64,000 nt of DNA from Escherichia phage vB_EcoM_NBG2, in sequence record NC_054925.1. One strand, given 5' to 3'. The position numbers were made by a program, and so were the translations under genes. This document shows positions 1 to 10,150 of this stretch, piece after piece; position 1 is the first letter of the stretch; each line of letters begins with the position of its first letter. The notes under the pieces were generated by a model, which saw only the letters and a list, made by a program, of their open reading frames with translations, did not search any database and was not told the origin of the DNA.

Positions 1-11
1 AATTTTCCTTA

Positions 12-2189
12 TTAGGCCGCAAGGGCCTTCATAGTTTTAGCGATTTGGGAAACTTCATCATCACTTAAAGAGTTGCGATAACCGATGAAGTCGGAAACAA
101 TACGGAATTTCTTGGTAAACTCAGCAACCATTTTATCACTGTTTTTTGAAGCATTATTTGATAATACATCAAAAAGATTAGTTACTGTCCAGATGTCATG
201 ACCAATGGTATCTTTTCCACCATTAAAATATACACCGCGCAATGAACTAACTATATTAGCGAGTCGTGTATATTCTTCAGAAACTTCATCTGTACTGAAG
301 TACTTCATCATAAAATCTAACTCAGGATACTTGATAATTTTATCAATATATCGTTGAGCTGAACTTGAATAACCTACGTACTTATCATAATCTACATCAT
401 CAAAAGCATCTACATATAAATCACGCAAAGCTTCAAAAATACATTGGCACTGACCGAGTTCTTTTACCTTTTTCTGTAAAAGCGGACGAATAACATAAAA
501 TTCATTAATGCCAATAAGATTAGCCATACGAATCAAAATATTCATAGATGGATGACAAAGAGATGTAGTACCATCCATAGAGAAAATATCAGAACGATGC
601 ATATACGCTACATAACCAGTAATTTCATCTGCTTCTGATGTGAGCGTAAATAATTCCTCTTTTTCCCAGCGCCCGTCTTTAATTTCAAACTTAAATGCTG
701 TAGCAGCTTTAGGACGAGGAGCTTTACTTTTAACTACCTTTGGAATATAGCTTTTAACTAAAGCTTCAATTTCTGACAAATAATGAATGTTAACTTCATC
801 GCTTTCAAACATCGCCATAATATCAGGAAGCAAATCAATCTGCGATTCTACTTCCGGATTAATAAACAGAAGACGCTCATTATGATGAATATTCAAAGTG
901 TTATTAAATTCACTATCATCTAACGCATGTGCTAATCCACGGACAATATTAACGCGATTTTTAATATTATCAATAACAATATTAATTTTTGTTGTATTAA
1001 TACCAAACAGACGATAACTTGATGCAACGGCTGAAGTTTCATGACTTTGCTTAATGTGTTTCAGTCGAGGGTCAAGATTTACTTCATACACAACTCCTGC
1101 ATTGCATAACTTACTATCAGGTTCAAACATGCTCTGCATTTTCTTATATGACAGATTTTTAGTCGTGAATTTGACTGAATTACTAATCATATAATCTCGA
1201 GCAGAATACCCCATCTTCATCAATTCACGATATGTGTGACGAGGAGATGTAGATTCTTTAAATCGTTTTACATCTTCATTAAATGCTTTCTCACTGAGTT
1301 CTTTAACTCGTTCAATAATATTTTTACGAGTACGATCATCCAGTGAAAGAGCCTCACGAGATGGAGCAATATCAAGTGAACCCATTGGAAACTTAATGTA
1401 ATTCACTTCATTGCGAATGCTTAGCCAGTTACGGTCTCTAATAACACCGTCGATAGGATAAACAATACCGCCATAGATAGCATATAATCCACCGCGATCA
1501 GGCCAGTATCTTTCTGGATTTACGCCATAATAATCATCAAAATCCGGAAAATAATCAATTTCGCGGTCAAGGCCATTAATGATAGCCAAATCTTTGAATG
1601 GTCGCATGATATAAGAAACTTCATAAGCAAAGTTTCTAAAGTCTTTTTCTTCAACTGGAACTACGATTTCAATACCAGTTTTATCATCTGGACCCATTTC
1701 TTTTACGAATGTAGGTTTAATCTGTGGGCCATCACCATCCATGTAAGCTACATAACCACGAATTTCACCTTTATGATACGAAGTAATACTAAACGTATCA
1801 GTATAACTAAACGGAGATTTAGAACCTAAACCAAATCCGCCAATGAAATCGTTAGATTCAGCCTTAGATGAACTGAAGTATGAATTATACAGACCAGGAG
1901 AATTATCATCACCCTGAATATCAAAATCACTCATACCCGGACCAAAATCTCGACAAACAAATCGTGGATCTAAACGTCCAGGAACTTGTATGATAAATTT
2001 TTCAGGATTTCCATTGAGAGCATGAGCATCAATCATGTTAGTAATTAATTCACGGACCACTGCGCGAATCTTGTTTGTATACAAATCAGATGATAGAATT
2101 TTAAATACTTTAGGATTTGCTGCGATGCTAAATGCTTTTGATTTAGAACCATTGCCAAGAATTGTTTCTTTTTCAGTGGTGATAATCAT
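12..2189 (-). CDS. rIIA: rIIA protein (membrane-associated rapid-lysis / exclusion-sensitivity protein)
   Basis: 725 aa ORF, same length as T4 rIIA as recalled; first gene of the T4-type map; SD-like sequence upstream. Confidence 0.85.
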   Translation of the reverse strand: MIITTEKETILGNGSKSKAFSIAANPKVFKILSSDLYTNKIRAVVRELITNMIDAHALNGNPEKFIIQVPGRLDPRFVCRDFGPGMSDFDIQGDDNSPGLYNSYFSSSKAESNDFIGGFGLGSKSPFSYTDTFSITSYHKGEIRGYVAYMDGDGPQIKPTFVKEMGPDDKTGIEIVVPVEEKDFRNFAYEVSYIMRPFKDLAIINGLDREIDYFPDFDDYYGVNPERYWPDRGGLYAIYGGIVYPIDGVIRDRNWLSIRNEVNYIKFPMGSLDIAPSREALSLDDRTRKNIIERVKELSEKAFNEDVKRFKESTSPRHTYRELMKMGYSARDYMISNSVKFTTKNLSYKKMQSMFEPDSKLCNAGVVYEVNLDPRLKHIKQSHETSAVASSYRLFGINTTKINIVIDNIKNRVNIVRGLAHALDDSEFNNTLNIHHNERLLFINPEVESQIDLLPDIMAMFESDEVNIHYLSEIEALVKSYIPKVVKSKAPRPKAATAFKFEIKDGRWEKEELFTLTSEADEITGYVAYMHRSDIFSMDGTTSLCHPSMNILIRMANLIGINEFYVIRPLLQKKVKELGQCQCIFEALRDLYVDAFDDVDYDKYVGYSSSAQRYIDKIIKYPELDFMMKYFSTDEVSEEYTRLANIVSSLRGVYFNGGKDTIGHDIWTVTNLFDVLSNNASKNSDKMVAEFTKKFRIVSDFIGYRNSLSDDEVSQIAKTMKALAA

Positions 2190-2199
2190 AATTTCCTCA

Positions 2200-2403
2200 T
2201 TAATTCATATTACGCTTAATAACTTCAGCAACTTCTAGTAGTTCATCTTTAGTTGCGGTATCGGATTGAATTTTATCTCTAATATCCTTAAAGCGGTTTT
2301 TAAATTCTTCGGCTTCTCCCATATCGAAAAAGCGTTGAATGATTCTATATTCTCGATGAACTGCTTTATCAAAAAGTTCTAAATTTACTTTATATGATTT
2401 CAT
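2200..2403 (-). CDS. small hypothetical protein (rIIA.1 position)
   Basis: 67 aa ORF just upstream of rIIA; GAGGA SD; early promoter module immediately upstream. Confidence 0.55.
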   Translation of the reverse strand: MKSYKVNLELFDKAVHREYRIIQRFFDMGEAEEFKNRFKDIRDKIQSDTATKDELLEVAEVIKRNMN

Positions 2404-2427
2404 TTCAATATCCTCATTTGCCCAATT

Positions 2428-2458
2428 AATTATACCACATCCTTGTGGTAAAGTAAAC
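2428..2458 (-). promoter_or_regulatory. early promoter (GTTTAC -35, 18-nt spacer, TGGTATAAT -10) for rIIA.1-rIIA
   Basis: minus strand reads GTTTACTTTACCACAAGGATGTGGTATAAT; identical 32-bp module at 46366-46397. Confidence 0.6.
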
Positions 2459-4278
2459 TACTGGCTCATCCATTCTTTACGAAGGTCAGCATTATCTCCC
2501 ATGAGCATTTCAAAAAGCTCTTTCCAATTCTCAGGAAGTTTAACAACATCATATACTGGATTTTGAATCATCTCACGATATTCAGATTTTTCCAAAGAGC
2601 CAAGTCCTTTAATATAACGGATGCTATGTTTAGGTAGAGCATCTTTAGCACTCTCATATTCAGCGACTGTAAAAAACCATTCTTGTTTTTTACCGACCTG
2701 AGCGATGATTACAGGAGTTTTGACAAAGCGAATTCTTCCTTGCTCAAACAATTCTGGCCAATTACTAAAAAACCCGAGCAGAGAAGGATAAATGCTTCCT
2801 AGACCATCATGGTCAGCATCAGTCATAATAGCAATATTATGATAATTCAAGTTTTCAGCTTTTTCACCGAGAACTAATCCAGTGATTGCGCAAATATCAA
2901 ATAGTTCTTTGTTTTTAAGCATATCAGCATATGACATACCCCAGCTATTAAGAACTTTACCGCGCAATGGATAACCACCATGAAGTTCTTTATCACGAAC
3001 ATCAATAAGATATCCGATAGCCGAATCACCCTCAGTCAAGAAAAGAGTAGTGTCAGCATCTTTACCACAAAGATTCGCTTTGATATGTTTATGAACCTTA
3101 GCTTTAGAAGCCTTTTTAGCTGCTTTAGTTTCTGCTGCTTTTTCTGCCGCCAATTTACGAGCCAAAGCAGCTTCAATAATCGGCATTAGAATTGCTTCAT
3201 TATTTAGAATAGCGCGTGAAATCTTTTTAGCATCAAGCTGAATATGACTACGAATTTCGCCAAATGGAGAAGTCAAACGCTCTTTAGTTTGAGAATCAAA
3301 TCGCATGTTTTTCATATCACGAACAAACATAACGATAGTCAAACATTCTTTAACGCGTGCTTTAGTTACATCAATTTTGAACTTGCGTTTGATTTGTGGA
3401 ATAAGGTCTTCACAAATATCATCCATAACACAGTCAATGTGATGGCCACCATTCTTAGTGTGAATGTTATTGACGTATGTTAATTGACGAAAACCATCCG
3501 GTGAACGACCAACCGCAATAGAACAATTTTCTTGTTCTTGAACGATAGCATGCTCATCATATTGGCGTGCATATTTCTTAAAATTGCCCTGAACCTTTTT
3601 ACCATTAAAGGTAAATTGAATATCAGGATAAACTACTGCAAGTGTCTGGAGACGATCTAGTGTAATGTCAAGATAAACTTGGGACAGCTCATTAGTTTCA
3701 AATGACATAAAATCAGGAATGAAAGTAACACGAGTTCCTTTCCATTTTCCAGGAATAGTTTCCCATGATTTATTTTCCATGCCATTTGAACAACGAACTA
3801 CAATATTATTTTGACCATCACCAGTTTCACCGACAAACATCACAGAAAAAATGTTTGTCAAACTAGAACCAACACCATTCATACCGCCAGTGACGCGTTC
3901 TTTATCATCACCGAAGTTACCACCTGCTTTTGGAATAGTCCATGCAGCAACAGGACCAGGAATTTCTTCACCGGTAGGTGTTTTAACCATCGCCTGCGGA
4001 ATACCACGACCGTTATCTTCAACTGTTACTTGATTGTTTTTAATAGTAACATTAATTTTATTTGCGAATTTAAACTTAGTACGAATACCTTCATCTACTG
4101 AGTTATCGATAATTTCATCAATAAGCTTAACAAGACCAGGTACATACTGAACACTTTCCCATTTACCAAACAGAAAGCGCTCATGCATTTCATTAGCAGA
4201 AGAGCCAATATACATGCCACTACGCTTTTTGATATGCTCAATATCGCTCAGAATTTTAATTTCATTCTTAATCATCAC
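2458..4278 (-). CDS. 39: DNA topoisomerase II large subunit, uninterrupted (GHKL ATPase + TOPRIM region)
   Basis: 606 aa continuous ORF; N-terminal ATPase-like region and C-terminal MTDADHDGLGS TOPRIM-like segment in one frame; start may be 4278 or 4275 (tandem ATG). Confidence 0.85.
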   Translation of the reverse strand: MMIKNEIKILSDIEHIKKRSGMYIGSSANEMHERFLFGKWESVQYVPGLVKLIDEIIDNSVDEGIRTKFKFANKINVTIKNNQVTVEDNGRGIPQAMVKTPTGEEIPGPVAAWTIPKAGGNFGDDKERVTGGMNGVGSSLTNIFSVMFVGETGDGQNNIVVRCSNGMENKSWETIPGKWKGTRVTFIPDFMSFETNELSQVYLDITLDRLQTLAVVYPDIQFTFNGKKVQGNFKKYARQYDEHAIVQEQENCSIAVGRSPDGFRQLTYVNNIHTKNGGHHIDCVMDDICEDLIPQIKRKFKIDVTKARVKECLTIVMFVRDMKNMRFDSQTKERLTSPFGEIRSHIQLDAKKISRAILNNEAILMPIIEAALARKLAAEKAAETKAAKKASKAKVHKHIKANLCGKDADTTLFLTEGDSAIGYLIDVRDKELHGGYPLRGKVLNSWGMSYADMLKNKELFDICAITGLVLGEKAENLNYHNIAIMTDADHDGLGSIYPSLLGFFSNWPELFEQGRIRFVKTPVIIAQVGKKQEWFFTVAEYESAKDALPKHSIRYIKGLGSLEKSEYREMIQNPVYDVVKLPENWKELFEMLMGDNADLRKEWMSQ

Positions 4279-4327
4279 TTATCCTCGTTTGGTTTCGGGA
4301 ATATTATACTCCGGTAATCATAAAGCT

Positions 4328-4346
4328 AAAGGCCCGAAGGCCTTTT
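4328..4346 (-). terminator. GC-stem hairpin with UUCG tetraloop in mRNA
   Basis: plus GGCC-CGAA-GGCC flanked by A/T runs, between 39.1-like gene and gene 39. Confidence 0.5.
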
Positions 4347-4614
4347 ATTTAAAACGAATAGTTGAATCCTTAAAGAACAGCCCAGAACATACTGTTCCTT
4401 CTACTTTCTGCCCGGTAGGTCCAATAGCACGAAATCCAGTATGCTGGAAATCATTTTCAGAGCAACCGAACCAGTTATATCCAGTGATTTCAATATTAGT
4501 AAACCCACTTGAAGACAAAACTTTGGTTGCATTATCAGCATCAGTACATCCTACTAAAGATACTGCTAATACTAATGCCGCGATAGAACGATTAACATAT
4601 TTCATAATTTTCAC
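4345..4614 (-). CDS. putative lipoprotein
   Basis: 89 aa; N-terminal hydrophobic segment ending LVGC (lipobox-like). Confidence 0.5.
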   Translation of the reverse strand: MKIMKYVNRSIAALVLAVSLVGCTDADNATKVLSSSGFTNIEITGYNWFGCSENDFQHTGFRAIGPTGQKVEGTVCSGLFFKDSTIRFK

Positions 4615-4982
4615 TTAAATTTAATGGCTTGAAGAAGACTAATAACTCTCAAGCGACTTCTTTCATCTTTAACTGTAAAAGAAAGAGGGTCACCAGACTT
4701 CATAGTAATAGTGCATTCAAAATCAAAATCTTCGGAAACTTCTTTGAAGAAGTCAAATTCTTCATCATAAATTAAAACTTCACTCCGAAGACTGTGAAGA
4801 ATTTTTCCGTCATTTCCAGATGCTGTACTAATCATTGTAACATTATTACCTTTCATATCTTCAACGATAAATTCGCTTGTAGATATTACAGCATTAATAG
4901 AACCATTCCTATAAATAGCAGAAAATAGATATTTCTTTTCTTCACCTTCGCGAATGCGATATTTCTTACCGATTTTAAACAT
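4611..4982 (-). CDS. hypothetical protein
   Basis: 123 aa ORF, 4-nt overlap with downstream gene. Confidence 0.5.
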   Translation of the reverse strand: MFKIGKKYRIREGEEKKYLFSAIYRNGSINAVISTSEFIVEDMKGNNVTMISTASGNDGKILHSLRSEVLIYDEEFDFFKEVSEDFDFECTITMKSGDPLSFTVKDERSRLRVISLLQAIKFK

Positions 4983-4984
4983 AA

Positions 4985-5161
4985 TTACCCTTTAAGTAAG
5001 TCGTAAAATCCGCCATTCACATGCTTAGGGGCAGAGACTAACCGAATAGCAATCCGATGACAATCAGGACATACATCAGTATCTCTTTCAGAAATTTTCT
5101 TGATTTTTTCGTATTCTTTTGCGCAGTCTTTTGATTGACATTTATAATCATAAAGCGGCAT
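4985..5161 (-). CDS. small zinc-ribbon protein (CxxC...CxxC)
   Basis: 58 aa ORF below the track threshold, read by hand; two CxxC pairs; fills gap between flanking genes. Confidence 0.4.
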   Translation of the reverse strand: MPLYDYKCQSKDCAKEYEKIKKISERDTDVCPDCHRIAIRLVSAPKHVNGGFYDLLKG

Positions 5162-5163
5162 AA

Positions 5164-5577
5164 TTATTCCTTAAAGTGAGCTTTCAACATCTGATACAAG
5201 GACCATGCCTGTTCATCATTTTCAATAGTAACTTTCATTACAGGGAATTTAGATTGATCAGTTATCGGTGCAGATTCTTCCTGCTCTTCAGCTGCCTGGT
5301 ATGGATTTTCAACTTCATTAAAGAATTCAGCTTCATTCGATGAAAGCCAAATAAAATCTTCATCCAAAATATCTTTACCAGAAGATAGTACTAAATTTCC
5401 AGCAAATGACATAATTTTAATAGGACGCCCAAGAGCATCCACATCTAAAATTTTAAAAGGATGCATACCTAAACGGCGTGCATAGATTCCGTTATCAGTA
5501 TGGTCTTTAATAAAATTTTCTTGAGCTTGTTTATTTTTAAATTGATACCATTTATTAACTTCAAATCTAATAGCCAT
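5164..5577 (-). CDS. hypothetical early protein
   Basis: 137 aa ORF in early-gene tiling. Confidence 0.5.
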   Translation of the reverse strand: MAIRFEVNKWYQFKNKQAQENFIKDHTDNGIYARRLGMHPFKILDVDALGRPIKIMSFAGNLVLSSGKDILDEDFIWLSSNEAEFFNEVENPYQAAEEQEESAPITDQSKFPVMKVTIENDEQAWSLYQMLKAHFKE

Positions 5578-5795
5578 TAATAAATTTCCTTCCAGTAAGT
5601 TGTGCCATCTTCAGTGATTTCACGGAATACACCATAAATTGGTTGTTTATCACCGACTTTCTCATATACATAAACCGAAGTCAAGTGAGTAAACTTGATA
5701 GTGTGTTCCTTTTGAACTACTACCAAATCTGGATCGAATAATACATCTTCAAATTCATCATTAGTGCAATTCTGAACAATTTTACGTTTCATCAT
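5577..5795 (-). CDS. hypothetical protein
   Basis: 72 aa ORF, start overlaps stop of upstream gene. Confidence 0.45.
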   Translation of the reverse strand: MMKRKIVQNCTNDEFEDVLFDPDLVVVQKEHTIKFTHLTSVYVYEKVGDKQPIYGVFREITEDGTTYWKEIY

Positions 5796-5966
5796 AATTT
5801 CCTCATTAATTGAACATTGGAGCGATGCGTTTCAGAAGAGTATCAGCGCACCTTTAACGAATTATCCATTTTATTCTTCAAGTTGTTTTCTGTATCAGTA
5901 GTTGATATTGATATAGTACCATAATCAACTACTGATGTATATAGTTTTATGAAAAAATTTTAAACT

Positions 5967-6458
5967 TTATGCATAGCGAGCTTTGCTGTAGTGTTTAATC
6001 CAACTTTCAGGAATGACTTTGTATGTTCCTAAAAATACCGCGTTGTATAACTTAACGCCATCTTCAATCCACTGGTCAGTAATGTATGCACACATAGCGC
6101 GAGTACGCTGAGGAAGTGGTTGTCCACCTTCGGTAAATTCAAACTCATAAGGAGCAACGAACTTGATAGCTTGACCGAGTTTCCACTTAAAGTCTACACC
6201 TACATGCGAAGTATCAATCGTTTCAATTCCTTTAGCAGGAACAGCTTTCAAAAACGCAGGCTCAAGAAATTTCCATCGAACATAACCAAACTGGGGCTTA
6301 GACATTCCATCTTTAGCAATGATACGTACTTTTACTTCAGAATCTTCATCTTTAACACCGTGTTTAAGCTGAATGCTTACAACTTCGACCAATTTTCCTG
6401 CTGCTTTAGAACGGGATTTATCAGATACACGAGCAATTTCACCGATATTAATATTCAT
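5967..6458 (-). CDS. motB: MotB-like protein (named by position and size only)
   Basis: 163 aa; position between 39 region and dexA as in T4; early promoter upstream; C-terminal motif shared with next ORF. Confidence 0.45.
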   Translation of the reverse strand: MNINIGEIARVSDKSRSKAAGKLVEVVSIQLKHGVKDEDSEVKVRIIAKDGMSKPQFGYVRWKFLEPAFLKAVPAKGIETIDTSHVGVDFKWKLGQAIKFVAPYEFEFTEGGQPLPQRTRAMCAYITDQWIEDGVKLYNAVFLGTYKVIPESWIKHYSKARYA

Positions 6459-6502
6459 AATTATCTCTCACTTGTTAAAAAGATTTTATACTCCACAGGA
6501 CC

Positions 6503-6532
6503 ATTATACTCTGGTCCCAAGAGTTTGTAAAC
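6503..6532 (-). promoter_or_regulatory. early promoter upstream of motB-like gene
   Basis: GTTTAC, 18 nt, TATAAT on minus strand; spacer has GGACC/GGTCC inverted repeat. Confidence 0.5.
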
Positions 6533-7080
6533 TAGCTTACACGAACATTAATCACTGCGCTACGAGGAACTACAGAGTATTCTCCAGCATGAACTACGTT
6601 CAGAAGTTCAACGCCATCTTCAATCCACTGGTCTGTTACCCAACCACAGATAGGATTATCAAAAGGACGACGGATAGACACAGCAGCACACAACAGGTCT
6701 GTAGGGTCTTGTTCTTCAACTTCTTGGAACAGGATGAACTCATCTTCATAAACCAGGTTTTTCTTTATTTTGTTATTATCTAACCGGCGACCGTGGATGA
6801 CGTAAGATTTGTCAAACCACTCACTTTTGGCAAATTCTTCAACAATAAATTCGCCTTCGCCAAAAACATCAGTCAGAGTTTTATGACCAGAAATCAAGGC
6901 ATTAGTTTTAATTTCAGGTTCAACCAATTTGTAGGTTTTGCCGATTTCAATAGCGGTAGTCATAGTAGTTTCCTTAATTTCCAGTGGTTTAACAGGGCAT
7001 ACATAAGTGCTTACAACATCAAAATCAATCAGTTTAGTTACCGGATTTGGTATGTATTCAGGATTATAATTAAATTTCAT
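6532..7080 (-). CDS. hypothetical protein, paralog of 5967-6458
   Basis: 182 aa; C-terminal VTDQWIEDGVELLN matches ITDQWIEDGVKLYN of neighbour. Confidence 0.5.
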   Translation of the reverse strand: MKFNYNPEYIPNPVTKLIDFDVVSTYVCPVKPLEIKETTMTTAIEIGKTYKLVEPEIKTNALISGHKTLTDVFGEGEFIVEEFAKSEWFDKSYVIHGRRLDNNKIKKNLVYEDEFILFQEVEEQDPTDLLCAAVSIRRPFDNPICGWVTDQWIEDGVELLNVVHAGEYSVVPRSAVINVRVS

Positions 7081-7082
7081 AA

Positions 7083-7583
7083 TTATCTCATTTCAATAAA
7101 ATCTACAAGTTCAGCATGCGATTTGCGGAACATTACTTGGTGCCCGCCAATGATAACTTCATCTTCAGGAACTTCGTATACAGCGAGATAAAATCCTTTA
7201 GAAGATAGTTCTTCCCGCTCTTCTCGTGTGAACCATCTCATCATATCATACTCACTAGCGAAAGCAAAATGATAAAGAGCTATAAACCATCCTGGAATAT
7301 GATATTCTACTCCAACATAATCCTTCTTGAACTTAGTATTAATTACTATATTAGCGTTTTTAACTAATAATTTATCTTCGTGTGGTAAAGGAATTCTTTT
7401 ATTATTATCGCTATGATGCATAAAATTAGGTCTGTCATAACCTACGTGTAATAGCCACTCTTCGCTCCATGAATCTATTATACTCCTGTACGGCGTTATT
7501 TGAACACAAAGATTTCGACGTATTGTTATAGCATCTTCATAATCAAGAATACTAAACGATGATTCAACACGATAAATTTTCAT
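7083..7583 (-). CDS. hypothetical protein
   Basis: Track ORF 7083-7622 trimmed to internal ATG (M14) because the longer start lies inside the upstream promoter; GAGGA SD. Confidence 0.5.
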   Translation of the reverse strand: MKIYRVESSFSILDYEDAITIRRNLCVQITPYRSIIDSWSEEWLLHVGYDRPNFMHHSDNNKRIPLPHEDKLLVKNANIVINTKFKKDYVGVEYHIPGWFIALYHFAFASEYDMMRWFTREEREELSSKGFYLAVYEVPEDEVIIGGHQVMFRKSHAELVDFIEMR

Positions 7584-7610
7584 TTTATTATCCTCAGTAG
7601 CTATGGTGTT

Positions 7611-7640
7611 ATAATACCACAACTAACCGAGGAAGTAAAC
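7611..7640 (-). promoter_or_regulatory. early promoter
   Basis: GTTTAC, 18 nt, TATTAT. Confidence 0.5.
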
Positions 7641-7646
7641 AACTTT

Positions 7647-8330
7647 TTATCGTTTTGTTGGAAGAGACAGAGGATCGCACTCTTCCTCTGATGGGGCGTC
7701 TTCAAGACCCATAGCATACCGCAAAGCATACTTCATCATCAGGATGTCTTTCGCACAGTCATGAATAGAATCATGCGCAACGAATCCATCTAAAGTTCCT
7801 TTTGGAAGAGGACACGTGGTCATATCACGAACAAGGAGAAGTGCTTCAATTCTGGTACGAATATCACGCTGATTCCAGAATTTACATGGTTCTAACTTAA
7901 ATGTGTCAAGTTCATTCTCAGAAACACCATTAAGACGTTGAATATCACGAATTAGATCGACTAAAATTGGAAAATCAAACGACATTCCACGGCACCAGCC
8001 TTGAGATTTCCAAGGATCGATATTATGCGCATTGATGTAATCATTAAATTTTGCAATACCATCGATGGTGCTTACATCTTCATCTGATGGTGCAATATTT
8101 TTTCGAGCTTCAGGAGACTGATTTTTCCACCATTCGATAGTGCTTTTAGTAAAAAGACGATGTCCTTTTTGGCTTTTTAAATCAAATTTGATTTTAATGC
8201 CGCGTGAAACTAATTCATCAAATGTTTCAACTACTTCTGGGTTAGGGTCAAAAGCAATTACAGCTAAATCAATAACAGCTGCTTTTTCACCACTTCCCAT
8301 TGTTTCAAAATCTATAATAAAATCAAACAT
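7647..8330 (-). CDS. dexA: exonuclease A (DnaQ/DEDD-like 3'-5' exonuclease)
   Basis: 227 aa; N-terminal DFETMG acidic motif; size and position as T4 DexA. Confidence 0.75.
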   Translation of the reverse strand: MFDFIIDFETMGSGEKAAVIDLAVIAFDPNPEVVETFDELVSRGIKIKFDLKSQKGHRLFTKSTIEWWKNQSPEARKNIAPSDEDVSTIDGIAKFNDYINAHNIDPWKSQGWCRGMSFDFPILVDLIRDIQRLNGVSENELDTFKLEPCKFWNQRDIRTRIEALLLVRDMTTCPLPKGTLDGFVAHDSIHDCAKDILMMKYALRYAMGLEDAPSEEECDPLSLPTKR

Positions 8331-8440
8331 TAAATTTTCCTTGCTAAATCGCGAATTTGACCTACAGTATAGTCTTGAATATAAACTTTATTAATAGGTT
8401 CATCAATAAATTTTGCCATAGATTCAATATCTTTTTGCAT
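8330..8440 (-). CDS. small hypothetical ORF (36 aa)
   Basis: hand-translated; TAATG overlap with dexA start; tiles the gap. Confidence 0.3.
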   Translation of the reverse strand: MQKDIESMAKFIDEPINKVYIQDYTVGQIRDLARKI

Positions 8441-8463
8441 CTCTTCAAGACTGTATATTATCT

Positions 8464-8571
8464 TTAAAGCTTTTTCGCGAATAGTAATATTTTCAGGACC
8501 AGAATTTTCTCAATGACAGCTTTAACATTTGTCATAAGAGATTTAAACTGACACCAACTTAATTCAATCAT
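8464..8571 (-). CDS. small hypothetical ORF (35 aa)
   Basis: hand-translated; ATGATTGA overlap with upstream gene stop. Confidence 0.3.
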   Translation of the reverse strand: MIELSWCQFKSLMTNVKAVIEKILVLKILLFAKKL

Positions 8572-8824
8572 TAATAACCGCCTTATAAAGATGGCTAATT
8601 TCACCTAAAATGTAATCACTGATTGTAACAGTTTTTACTTCACCACAAAAGAATTCTAACGCAATCAAATCTCGTTCAATTTCTTCCAATTGAAGCATTA
8701 ACTTGCCTGATTCAGTTTTCACATTTTTGCGATTTTTACTATAAGCTATTTCATATATTTCGCTTACTTTATCTTGAAGAAGATAAAACTGATCTTTAGT
8801 TATTTCCACGAATAGCTTCCTCAA
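8564..8824 (-). CDS. hypothetical protein
   Basis: 86 aa ORF between dexA and dda. Confidence 0.5.
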   Translation of the reverse strand: MRKLFVEITKDQFYLLQDKVSEIYEIAYSKNRKNVKTESGKLMLQLEEIERDLIALEFFCGEVKTVTISDYILGEISHLYKAVIND

Positions 8825-8830
8825 ATTTAA

Positions 8831-10150
8831 TCATACATAAAATACATCATAACGACCACGGGTAACACCAACATAAAGAAGTTGTTGGGCCAATTCAGCA
8901 TCTGCATAATGAATACAAGGCGTATAGATGAAAGCACGGTCTACAGACATACCCTGAGCTTTATGGAATGTTGACGCAGGAAGTGCTTTCACTTTACTGA
9001 ACTGTGATTTAGCATCCCAAAAATCACTCCACGGAGCTTTTCCGCCTTTGTTCCAATTTTTATAAGTTTCTGCCGTTTTACCTAAAAATAAATTAAACTT
9101 ATATAGCTCTTCATCAGATGAAATTATTTTAATCTTTTCACGATAATATTCATCATCGCCGTAAGTTTCTACTGTTAAATCCCAATGACGAATTAGGTAT
9201 TCTCCAGAAACACCACGAGCTTTAACAAACGTCGATGTATATTCTGCTTCTATAATACGAACTAATTGTCCATTATTAAAAATAATTTCTGACACAGGCT
9301 TTCCATCAATTTTATATGTTTTAATTAATGGTTCCTGCATTACAATAATTTCACCGACAATAAAATCTTTATCAGTTTCAAAAATCTTTTTACGAATAAT
9401 GCTATTTAACTTATCAACAGATTTATTCGTAAATGCCATTACGCGATTTTCAAACAAATCATCTAGTGATTTGACGATTGAAAAATAATTTACCATAAAA
9501 TCGCGTAAAGCGGTATCACCAGTAAATCCACGTACTCCATGCCCGTCAACAACCTTATCATAAATCCACTTACCGTTACGAACATCAGTAGCTACATCAA
9601 TAATAGGAGCATTACTGCGTTTAACTTCAGTGAGTTCGCACTGATAAAAATCTTTATGCGTAAAGAATGGACTGATATAAGCAGTGTTTTCTCCTGGGTC
9701 AACAGGTCTAATTTGCTTATTATCCCCTATTCCAATTATAGTACACCAAGGTGGAATAGTTGAAAGCAGAATTTTAAATAGCTTTCTATCATACATTGAC
9801 ACTTCGTCGCAGATTAATACCCTGCATTTAGCTAAATCTGGTACTTCCTTCTGCTCAAAGAGGACATTTTCTTCATATGTTACTGGGTTAATTTTAAGAA
9901 TACTATGAATAGTACTCGCTTCTTTCCCTGATAGTTTTGAAAGAATCTTTTTAGCTGCATGAGTAGGAGCTGCTAAAATAATACCAGTTTCACCCGTAGA
10001 TATTAAAGCTTCAATGATGAACTTAGTAAGAGTAGTCTTACCAGTACCAGCAGGTCCATTAATAGTTACATGATGTTTCTTTTCTTTAATAGCCTTCATA
10101 ACAATGTTAAAGGCATTTTTCTGGCCTTCGGTCAAATCATCAAATGTCAT
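8831..10150 (-). CDS. dda: Dda DNA helicase (SF1B)
   Basis: 439 aa; Walker A GPAGTGKTT; size and position as T4 Dda. Confidence 0.9.
   Translation of the reverse strand: MTFDDLTEGQKNAFNIVMKAIKEKKHHVTINGPAGTGKTTLTKFIIEALISTGETGIILAAPTHAAKKILSKLSGKEASTIHSILKINPVTYEENVLFEQKEVPDLAKCRVLICDEVSMYDRKLFKILLSTIPPWCTIIGIGDNKQIRPVDPGENTAYISPFFTHKDFYQCELTEVKRSNAPIIDVATDVRNGKWIYDKVVDGHGVRGFTGDTALRDFMVNYFSIVKSLDDLFENRVMAFTNKSVDKLNSIIRKKIFETDKDFIVGEIIVMQEPLIKTYKIDGKPVSEIIFNNGQLVRIIEAEYTSTFVKARGVSGEYLIRHWDLTVETYGDDEYYREKIKIISSDEELYKFNLFLGKTAETYKNWNKGGKAPWSDFWDAKSQFSKVKALPASTFHKAQGMSVDRAFIYTPCIHYADAELAQQLLYVGVTRGRYDVFYV

Noticed and set aside
2700-2900. Searched for a gene-60-type 50-nt translational bypass element
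   Set aside because: The reading frame is continuous through the TOPRIM-encoding region, with no in-frame stop after a GGA take-off codon.
2035-8394. Plus-strand track ORFs inside minus-strand genes (2035-2238, 2980-3189, 3244-3483, 3811-4101, 3851-4033, 4214-4618, 6120-6530, 6373-6783, 6793-7191, 8140-8394) and the many similar ones further along
   Set aside because: They lie antisense within well-supported minus-strand genes, lack SD sequences, have low-complexity or hydrophobic translations typical of AT-rich shadow frames, and break the tight minus-strand tiling.
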